NCBI RefSeq assembly: GCF_964204865.1
Contig: NC_135259.1
Span: 4,464,001 to 4,528,000, forward strand
DNA: 64,000 nucleotides
Origin: Styela clava
Taxonomy: Eukaryota
Direction: 5' to 3'
The first letter of the stretch is position 1. Every line of letters begins with the position of its first letter. Shown piece by piece: positions 38,901 to 49,252 of this stretch. The position numbers and the translations under genes were made by a program. The notes beneath the pieces are model-generated. The model did not search any database and was not told where the DNA came from. It saw only the letters and a program-made list of their open reading frames with translations.

Positions 38901-41900
38901 GAGTATGCAATATATTTTGAAAGACAGATTTATAATACTCCAGGGACATTATACGGGCAGCACGAAACTGTTTTTTCATTTTTTTTTAATTCCCTTTTTT
39001 TTGGCGGTAATATTTTATCTTAAGCTAGTTTTGATATTGTTAGATAAAATTCATCTGAATTAATGATTTATCCAAGCATAGTAATAAAGTATTCCGAACA
39101 TAATATGAAAGATAATAAGGAACAAGCAATAATGATTGTTCTGAATAATGCCATGTTTAACTGAAAGCATGTTTCGACAGACATTGTTTTGTTAGGTTCA
39201 CGTATATCAATTAAACGATGTATGGGACTTAAACGCGGACATTTTCTAAATGATTCCTCACTACATGACTAAAATGTTACATGTAATTAATTTAGAATAT
39301 ATCAAAGTACTAACATATTCAATTATTTTTACCCTCTTAACTTCACATTATAATGATTTCATATTATTTCCCATGTATGATAAACATTTTCGGAAATATG
39401 AATATGCACTAGATCCAAGATTCTCCAAGAAGCTCTAAAATTAAAAAAATTCCGAGAGTCATAATATGACATGGGCAAACTACGGCCCGTGGGTCAAATT
39501 CGCCCGTTGGCTAATTCAATCTGGCCAGTTGGATACTGTCACAATCAAATTAAAACCAAATTTTGATGTTTCAGCTAAAGATAGCACAAGGAGTTTGTGA
39601 AGATTGCGATTGAATTTAATTTTGTCACGGGGCTTATTGTTTTCCACTTTTGCTTTTGTAACACTGTAAATATTGTACCTATAATGTAACGTTTTACGTC
39701 ACACTTACATGGCCCGCCAATCTAGGTGGGCACAATTATTTGGCTCCTGTTCCAAAAACCTTGCCCATCCCTGGACTCCTGCTAAGTAATCGATTTATCT
39801 CCCATTTCGCTTACATTCTGGTACAACTAACTGCCAGTCACCGGGTATCAGTGTTTCCACCGAAATCGTGGTTCCGCTAATTTTCACCAGTCATCATTTC
39901 GATCAAATCTAAAAGATAGTCTTATCACAGAGCTATTAAAATTCATGTGTGTTTGTGTATATCTGTCTTGACTAGCTTTATTTCAAAGCGAGGCCGCTTT
40001 ATCAAAAGAAACCGACCTTGGTTTAATTATCCGCCGCAATGTAATTTCAATTTATTTTGATATTCTTACGTTTACATTATCCATTGCTTTAGTTATAAGA
40101 ATGATTAATAAAGGTGTCTGCTGGCATAATTTTATCAACTGGTCCAAGCGTGTCTCATTACGATTATCGGTGTTTTGGAAAGATACCGTGGCGACCTCTA
40201 CATGCTCCTGACAGTAATGTCACATTGACGGACATATTTTTATTGTTTATTTTATAGATGTATACTGATATTGGCTTACGCGGTTATGCGCTTCTTGTTA
40301 TGTCAAAATTCGATTTTTTTCCCTATTTAATCCGCAACAGTATTTTTCATACTCACGGTGGATTTTACCTTGCCAACCTAACAGCAAATAGCTTGCTTGA
40401 TTTTGCATATGTCTGTACAGTTGGGCAATGAGCTAAAAAAATTTAAGAGGATAAAATAAAACTATCCATCAAAAGCCATAATTGCAAAATTTAAAGCGAT
40501 GTGATTTCTTTGTGCATTATGAACGAAATGTCCACCACAGACCGTCAGAGAGAATTGTATTATTAATCGAATTCAGTCTAAGTTTCCGCTTCAAACTCAC
40601 ATAATTTAACGCTTCTGGCAATCGCATTTTGGCGTACCAAAATAAGTGCAACTGTAGACGGTAAAAATTAGTTAGAATCGATATGCAATCTCTAATAATG
40701 ACTAGCTTTTAAGTAAAAACGGTGTATGAAAACAGTATCTGTCAAAGAACGAACTTAAATGTAGCCTGAGGCAAACGCAAGCGACCGCAGTATGATATTT
40801 CAGGATGGTCGATGTAACACGGTTGCCTCACCGATGCTTTTAAAGAGATTAAAAAGCCAAGAAAACGTGGTGGTTTGAGACACCACGGAATTTTTTATAA
40901 AGGAAATCACTATGCCACATTAGGATTGCACCATCTGTATATCTTGTTTGAAATATACATAAAGTCGCATGAAATAAAAAAAATGCGCCCAAGTACCGAC
41001 AGATTTTGCGCATAATTTAATAATCATTCAGGATAAACCTGACGTTTTGACAGCAATTTACCTACAACGTTGAAATGTGGCTGTCGGTTTGATGGCGCTC
41101 CTAAAGTATGCGTACCAAGATGGCGGACACCGGAACCGTAGTATGTGTACCAGGTTAGGGCTAGGCCATAATTCAGGTACAAATACTACGGGAGTCACTT
41201 GGCTAGTCTCCGAACTCGTAACAGAACTAAAAAAAGGAAAATTGGAATACAATTATGGCTTAACCCTAATCTGGTACACATACCACGTCCCGGTGTCCGC
41301 CATCTTGGTACGCATACTTCAGGGAGTACCAATTTAAAAATACCATTCGATTCAAGTCAATATGGAGCATATTCTAGGTGGCCATTTGGTATTCTGTAGA
41401 TATTCGCCTTTGCAAGGTAAATCAAAGGTTCAGACGTTCAGGTTTATTACACACTCTGAAATTTTGACCTTATCGCGGCTTTGCGTTGGAGCGTTTTCGT
41501 AATCCTAGTATCATCCAGTCAAGGCAAACTTCGGCGCCAAAATTGCACGGGGCCCGGAGAAATCGTAATCCCCACTTTATACTTTAGTCTCTTTCGAACT
41601 GCTTTACGAGCAAGATAATTGCGATTAACCCTAATTCTTCAGTTCAAAGTTCAGAATAGACTACCATGTATGATTAAATGTGATCCGTGGTACTTGTTCT
41701 GTATGCGAGACTGTTATTTGCAACACAGATAGCGCTGAAATATGAAAACAAAATATTATAAGATAGTTAGGGACGAAAAGGTTAATGGCTCAATTTTTCG
41801 CCTCCTTAAACACTAATTGACGGTTATGTTTCTGGTCATGTTGTGGCCAAAACAGAAAAAATATCATCTTTAAAGAAAACCTAACAAAATGTACTTGTCA

Positions 41901-44900
41901 GTCGTTGAGATGACACGCGAGTACAATGTTGTGGTAATACATATTATCGGAACTCGTTCACTTTACAATAATTTACAGTTATGTGGGCTGTTTTATGGGC
42001 CATTTTTACACAGTCCCCATCCTTTAGAATTACGAGTCGTCATCATAACAATTCAGCAGTATGATTGTGCCCCTTCTGATGTTTGTGACGTCATCCTTTT
42101 TAAAATCCTTTATGAAGTCTTAAATTCTACTTTTTCAGATACTCCTCCAGACAGCGGAGACACCAACATAGATTCGTAAGTATTTTTCCTTATTTTTGTA
42201 CCGTATTAATAATGAATTTACAAAAACTTATTTACAAAAAAAATATTTTGCAGTGAAATTTTTGAAGGAAAGTGCGAATTGTATGAAGGATATGCTTGCG
42301 CCCAATACCTGAAAGGCAAATACATTTATGTCGAATCGTTTCAAGATCAAAAACAAATGGAACAACAGATTACTGCTGCACTCACATTAGTTGGTACGTA
42401 ACGTTAGCCAAAGTTAATCCATTAACCATTGCGCGATGATGAATGCAAACTCGGTTTCCTACACGTTCGATCTTTTCAATCTATGCAATTGTTTACCAGG
42501 TGACAAAAACAGAGTTTCAGAAGAATGTGCAGAGTACGCAAGACCCGCTTTTTGTCATTTCGTTTTTCCACTTTGTGAAGTAATAAATGATGAAACTACC
42601 GATGAAGGTTTTGTATATGAAGACTACAGTTTCGTTGACAGCGGAACTATTCTGGAAGACGACGACAACCTTGCTAATGCCGATGGCACTGCAACCGCTG
42701 TCAGACTTTGCCGCGAAGATTGCGAACTTTTACAATTTGACGTTTGCGCGAAGGAATTTGGAACAGAGGACGAAGTTATAAAGGTATAAATCGTTTCACT
42801 CACTATATGACAATTGGACTGTAACTGGGTCGGCGCGACGTTTTGCGCGTGAAGCATTACAGTTAACTATGATGACATCGCAAATTACACACTTTGGGGT
42901 CACACCCTATGCCACGTCACCCAGGGTGCATTAAATTGGTTTGGCAATGCCGATCCGAAAACTTTATAGCCCTCGCAAATAATAGTAGATCCTGGCATGA
43001 TGTTTGATATCAGTTGCGACTTGAAAGTATATCATTTTATTTACAAACATTCAGAACCCTTAGTCCGTAACAGCCTGTGCAACGAATCGAAGAATAAGTT
43101 TTACCGTTAACTTTTTGCCAATGTTCTCAATAAAATTACCGTACCTGTTATTCGTGTTATAGCAACTTGTCAAGACTGCTGATTGCAGCCGGCTTCCGCG
43201 AACAACTTCCACTGGCGCCAAGTGTTCTCGTTTGGGATTGAAAAGCGTGGTGGACAGGACACATGTATGCTACAACGATACGGGAACAGGATATCAAGGA
43301 GTGGTAGCTACATCACAGTCGGGAGAAAAATGCAAACCATGGCCTCCGAAAATGCTAGTCGAGGTTTGTTGGAATTTTATATCTGGCTTGACAACGTTCG
43401 ATTACATCGATTCAAGGTTAATTCTTCTGTTCAATCTTCACAGTATCCGGAACTGGCGGGAGGTCACAATTTTTGCCGTAACCCTGGTAACGCGATGGAC
43501 CAGCCTTGGTGTTATACTGATAGAGATCGAATTAGCAGAGACCCTTGCGAAATCCCCAAATGCAGTAAGTACTCTGTACCTTACAAATTTATTTTTCTAG
43601 AATTTAATTTAGAAAGAGCCCTTGCTAAATCCTCAAATACAGTAAGTACTTTGTAACTCCCAAATTTATTTTTCTAGAATTTAATTTAGAAAAATATGTA
43701 ACGAATAGATTTAAACGCATATTCAATTTCTGTCGATAGTTATGTTCCACCATGACACTGGTTTATTATTGTGTTATAGAATCATCTCTTGGCGGCGGTT
43801 CTTCAGATTTGTTGATGATTCTCATTCCTTGTGTCAGCATTCCCTTATTAATCGGATGTATTATGGTCGTGATGTGCTTCGTATGTAAAAAAGGAAAAGG
43901 GAAGGACATAAAGCACACCCCTGGTAAAAAGGTTGAACTGAAAACAATACCTTCGCAAAGAAATCGTGTTCCTGAGCTATCATCGACTATGGTTCATTTT
44001 GCTGTTGAGCTTGGCGAGGGAAAATACGGAAAAGTCTACAAAGCACAGATCATGAGTAATATGGTGTATGCGCCTCAAGAACCGGTAAGCTGAAGAATTA
44101 CAATTTTGCAATTGTTAGATGGTGTACAAACCATAACTTTTCAGCACGTTGCCTTATAATGTACGTTTGCAAACTATGGTAAAAACTTTGTTTGACTTTC
44201 CCCCTTTCAATCTATTTATTATGTTATTCAGGTAGCAGTGAAGACTCTCGCTGGAGGAGCTATGCAATCACAGATCAGCGATTTTCAACGTGAAATGGAG
44301 ATGTTTTCAGACCTACAGCATGTCAATGTATCCTGTTTGAAGGTCTGTTCGATATTTTGTAAATCAATTTGTTATAATTTATATGAAAAGCATTTGTCAT
44401 GATTGATATTATTAATCTAATCCTTTTTATTTATGTGCATACAGGCCGTGGTTTCTCAGCCGACAATGCGATGTATGATCTTTGAGTACACGAGTAGAGT
44501 AGATCTTCATGAACTTCTAACATTGCATTCTCCGCATTCTGATATTGGAGGGAAAATGTCAGGCAGTGCAAGCAGTCACACATCTAGTAGCTTAGAATCA
44601 GGAGATTTCTTACATATGGCTGTACAGGTAAGACAAGATAGACAAATACCAAGTAGTTTACTTTTATCCTAGGGCGAATAAAATACATATCAAACTGAGT
44701 TGATAAATGAGGAGTGGTTAGACCAGGTGTAGGTGACGGTTTTTCAACCAGAGTCCTAAATTTTTCCCACCTAGACTGACGGCCCGTAGAAGTGTGACGT
44801 AAAAAGTTACATTTTATAAACAATATTTACAGTGTCACAAAGGCAAAAGTGCGAAACATTAAAGCTTCGTGCCAAAACTAAATTTAATCGCAATCTCAGC

Positions 44901-47665
44901 AACTCCTTAGTTTATTTTTTTAGCTGAAACATCAAAATTTCGATTTAGTTTGCTTGTGGCAGCATTAAGCGGGCCATATTGACCAACCCAACGGGACTGA
45001 TTTGGCCCGCGGGCCGTAGTTTATTCATGTCAGGGTTGGACCGTTAGGGCATTGTCCGGTTTTCACAACGTTATATTCTGATCGATTATTAATTGGTCAC
45101 GGACTCGTGTAGGTCGTTATTAGCCATATATCTAGGTAGACTGTCCTATCGGCTTTCCTATCTATCGCGGAGAATATGAAAAAAAATACTCTCCTATTCC
45201 AAATGTTTACTCTTATCTAGCGGAATAAGTATGACGCAATCATATTTTTTATTGCCTAACTATAAAAAAATCAACCAAACATTTTTCTGCAGGTCGGTGC
45301 TGGTCTGGAATACCTTGCTTCAAATAACTTCGTTCACCGTGATTTAGCTGCTCGCAATATTCTTGTTTGCAATAATAATGTAATGAAGATATCTAACCTT
45401 GGTGTCGTCAGAGATTGTTATTTATCGAGTTATTATAGATCACCACAAGGTGGACATATGTTACCTGTCAGGTAAGATTTACAAGGATATATATTTCGAA
45501 GATTAAGAAGGTTTATTTTGTTAATTTAATCAATAATTATTAATTGTGAATAACAATGCTTTCCGCATTACAAAATTTGAAATAAAGACACCACTAGAAA
45601 CATCACTAATAGAGAGTATTACGATGGCATAGCGGAACTTGCTATAAAATGGAATGCGAAGTTATCCTCTCTTCCATTGAAATTCCCTTCATTTTAAATT
45701 TATTCCTTTATCACAACAGATGGATGGCACCAGAGAGCTTAAACCAAAACATGTTTTCTGAAAAGAGCGTAGTTTGGTCATTCGGCGTTATGATGTGGGA
45801 AATGTTTGCTTATGGAATGCAACCTTATTGTGGATATAGTAATCATGAGGTATGAAAACTTCATTATATAGAATGATAATAATTCCTAATTTTTTGGTCT
45901 GAAGTTGATTATAATTTGAGCTCACACACCGAAAAAATAAGGAAGTACTTTACCATTATTTTAGACATTCACCTGCTGGCTCGGGAAAGAGTTGTATTCA
46001 ATTAACTTTCATTTTTAAAGTATGATTCTCGTTTGTGAAGGTCATCTCAAAGTAAAAACTAACGTAATATCTCATTTTCAGGTTATAGACATGATATCAA
46101 AGGGACAAACTTTATCATGTCCTGAAAATTGCTCGTCACGTGTCTATTCACTCATGCGTGAATGTTGGGAAATCGATCCAGCTCAGAGGCCTACATGCAA
46201 AGTGAGTATATTTTTGTTATATTTTTATTTTCGGATTTAAAAATTGCGCTTTTTGAGTAATCAATTATGAACCATACATTTTTTCTCTAGGACGTTCATG
46301 CTAAATTGTCGGGCTGGGAAGGCGCAAGCACCACAAGAATGACGTCACAATTAGCACAAGGAATTCACAGGCAACTGACGAACGTGATGCGTGAAGGAGC
46401 CCCATTTGGGCAATACACCCCTCCCCAAGGAACTGTGTAAGTAGCAATGTATGACCCCACCCGAAAATTTGCCGTGTGTCTTGTCCGGAGCATGTTTTTG
46501 AATTGAAATAAAAACTTCATAAACTCACGCATTTTCTCCTTTCATTTGCAGCATTGATGGCTTCAATCAACCATACATGTCGCCCCCTCAGCCTTGCCCA
46601 CCCCATGCTAGCCCCGCCTCTCAGCCTTATTATACCTCGCCTTCTACCAACTCCTCTTCTGGTATGATGCCAGGCCAGCCTCCATCTTATCCTAGTTACA
46701 TGCAACAACCGCATGCATACGCTCCGGTGCAAATGTACCCCCAACCTCAGATGCATTATAGCAGACCCCATCCCGCATCATATCCATACAAATCGAGTCA
46801 CACACACAGCAGTAGCAGAAGTACGGACAGCTGTGGGTCATCCACAAGAAATCAGCTCCACGGACACCGACACCAGGGTGGGGTCACACAATCCGCCCCA
46901 CAGCAGTTCCAGAATCCACAAAATCACTACCAACCTCAAATTCCCGGAACAGCTGAGCAACCAGAATACGAAAATTTTCACCGAACACCCGATAGCGGGA
47001 TTCACAGCTCGAAAGGCACCGACGGAACGCAACAAAACCACGGGGAAAATTACGGATCCGGTCACGGTTCGATGACGTCTGCTTCTCCACCGCCCGCGCC
47101 TACCAGGCAGCGCCCCGGAAGTGAGGTCATTGCCCCTGGTGCACAAGAAGGACTGAGACAACCCTTGTCTGTATATAACAATTCTCAACACAGCAATTCA
47201 GCAAGTAACGTGAGCACCAAACCAGTTGTGGCTCCAAAACCGCCAATTTCACCAATGGATCCTAATCGCCCTAGAACTAACATCGTCATGGGAGTGAACG
47301 GCCAACGTAATCGAAACCATAATAACCACATCGATGGGCCAAAAACTGAAACCCAACAACAAGGGGGAACGCCAAATAGACTCCAGGCCAACCGAACTTC
47401 AACTTCTGGTAATATATTAGAACTACCGGCAGAAAACGAAAAACAAAAAAACTCGGCAAGCGGTAAAGCCATGTCTTGTGACTCTGGGCTTCCCAATGAC
47501 GAACCAGACGTTGTGGACAGTACAGAAACACAACCTTTCATTCCTCAGCAGTCAAATGCGAGAGTAAGTTACAAAGCAAATAAAGCGGTGATAACAATCC
47601 CAGGATCTTCGTCGTCATCTATGTCAGGATCTACAGCTGTGACGACAGAGTCGAGGTTAACTTGA
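20957..47665 (+). CDS. ROR: ROR-family receptor tyrosine (pseudo)kinase, about 1179 aa, 18 coding exons
   Basis: Exons 20957-21038 (signal peptide), 28604-28670, 29135-29154, 35690-35807, 36200-36381 (Ig), 42139-42175, 42254-42393, 42500-42783 (Frizzled CRD), 43163-43363, 43444-43564 (kringle, NFCRNPG..PWC), 43780-44084 (TM, GEGKYG), 44232-44342 (VAVK), 44445-44627 (SPHSDIG), 45293-45471 ([14 protein letters not shown]), 45720-45849, 46082-46201, 46291-46436, 46552-47665. All GT-AG and phase-consistent; total 3540 nt. Ig-CRD-kringle-TM-TK order is diagnostic of ROR. Confidence 0.95.
22329..22373. repeat. 20-bp tandem duplication
   Basis: TACAACGAATGAAATTTTCT x2 plus a partial third copy. Confidence 0.9.
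30516..30665. repeat. Perfect 75-bp tandem duplication in a ROR intron
   Basis: GGTTTGATTTGGTGTGATC...GAATCTCGTTA at 30516-30590 and again at 30591-30665. Confidence 0.95.
39466..39773 (+). mobile_element. hAT MITE family A, copy 2
   Basis: GACATGGGCAAACTACGGCCCG ... TTGCCCATCCCTG; colinear with 5608-5926. Confidence 0.85.
41094..41330. mobile_element. Palindromic MITE, Merlin-like family B
   Basis: About 90-bp inverted arms (AAGTATGCGTACCAAGATGGCGGACACCGG / CCGGTGTCCGCCATCTTGGTACGCATACTT) with GG...CC ends. Shares its right half with the copies at 59341 and 63075. Confidence 0.85.
43538..43693 (+). repeat. About 77-bp tandem duplication spanning the kringle exon end and its splice donor
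   Basis: CCCTTGCGAAATCCCCAAATGCA|GTAAGTACT...TTTAGAAA is repeated as CCCTTGCTAAATCCTCAAATACA|GTAAGTACT...TTTAGAAA. Confidence 0.9.
44724..45033 (-). mobile_element. hAT MITE family A, copy 3
   Basis: Reverse complement of family A; TSD GGTTAGAC/GGTTGGAC. Confidence 0.85.
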
Positions 47666-49143
47666 AAGTACACGAAATCTTTCGTTTAAGTGGGAAAAGG
47701 CTTTGGTTGTTCACCTACTCAGGCTTTATGAAGCCAATAGCGGTGTACTTGTGCGACAGAGGGATATTGCAAACTTGTTTAAATGATGCTTGATGTAAAG
47801 AAGGCGGGTGCTGTAGATGCAAAAGACTATTTTTCTGAACGATAAAATCTAAAATAAGATCTCAAAACGCTATCGTCTATAATTGTAATTAATATAAGTC
47901 TCGCACAGTTCAATACCACCATTTTGACAAGCATTTCTTGGAATATTATGGCTGTTTTCAAAACATGCATTTACATAATGTTTTCATTTTGGGCTGTGAT
48001 ACATGCTATCCCGGAGATTTATATATGTCGTTTCTGAATAGACGAACAATATAGTAATTCCACCATAATATTAATATTCATCAGCGTGAGTAGTTATCAA
48101 ATCAAAATTATATTCATATATTTCCAACTCACTTTAATTACGTGTACTACGAAGACAATCCTATTTTAAAATATTCGAGTTTCGATATGCCATCCGCTAG
48201 CTACAGGACAAGTTGAAATTTTAATATACCAATATATAATTTTTTGTTAATTTGTGTTAAGTTGCTGATGCGTCGTTGCAATCTTTTCTATATAAACTTC
48301 TGCAATGCAATAGGCTTGTTACTGGGCCACTCTCAACTCGCTTTTATGTATAATTTGCTGCGTGTTACTATATGGGTGAAGACAATACACAGTCTAAAAT
48401 ATTGGCGGCTTAGTGGAGGCTGTTAAACCTTCCTCATTTTGTCAGTGATTGTCACAGAAGATAATATTTTAAAGTTGACGTTTTGTGTCATGAATATTCG
48501 TTTTTGTTCTTTTATACCAAATATTCGTTTTTTGTACTTTTTTATTGTTTTATTTTTTTATTTTTATGTTGACTAATAATGAAATATTGTTTTTCATGTT
48601 TTTCGCGCAAATATATTAATGAAAATAGATATTTTGTCTATCAAATCAGTAGATAAGTATAATTTTGCGACCCGCTCAGATATCTTTAAACACTCGACTG
48701 TACATTGATAGCCATCCCGGACTATAGAGCTACGTTTTAGGGACAAACTTGAGATTTTGAGTGTTTGATTCTAAATGCTGCAGCTTTTGTAAAATGTCGA
48801 ACACGGGTGGATGAATTTTGTCTATGTGGATTCACTACCACACACGCATATATATATATAGTTGTTTCCTGAACGCGTAGACATGCACGAATTCAAATAT
48901 CATGTCCACAGGCAACTACTGTAGCGTAGTTGTTGCGCCAGCTCGTGTAATTCAGTGATAGCCCTCAATTTCATACAGCAAATTCACTCTAAAAATTCCC
49001 ACCATTACCCCTCGGGGAAAATTATCTGCGAATACCTAAAAAGCCGAACGGTCTAAACCAGTGGTTCTCAAACTTTTTTGTACGCCTCCACTGACAGTAG
49101 TCTACTTTATCATCATAGTGTGGTGAACAATATCATCTGTTCA

Positions 49144-49250
49144 GTTACCAGTCCATGTCGGGTCTCGGATTAGTTAACTAATTATTATTTGTTTCAGATG
49201 CATGGGCTTGATAGTGGAATAATCCGCAACCAACCAGCGGTCACGTGGAG
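49144..49250 (-). mobile_element. Fragment of the tRNA-like SINE family
   Basis: GTTACCAGTCCATGTCGGGT..GGATTAGT matches 57948-58045. An older plus-strand 3' fragment seems present at about 45090-45175. Confidence 0.65.
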
Positions 49251-49252
49251 TC

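Noticed and set aside
21039-42138. Numerous 60-127 aa ORFs and scattered TCF-like CTTTG sites in ROR introns
   Set aside because: Composition typical of random AT-rich ORFs; short motifs cannot be distinguished from background without conservation data.
46517-47541. Overlapping alternative-frame and antisense ORFs
   Set aside because: By-products of the GC-richer last ROR exon; no independent motifs.
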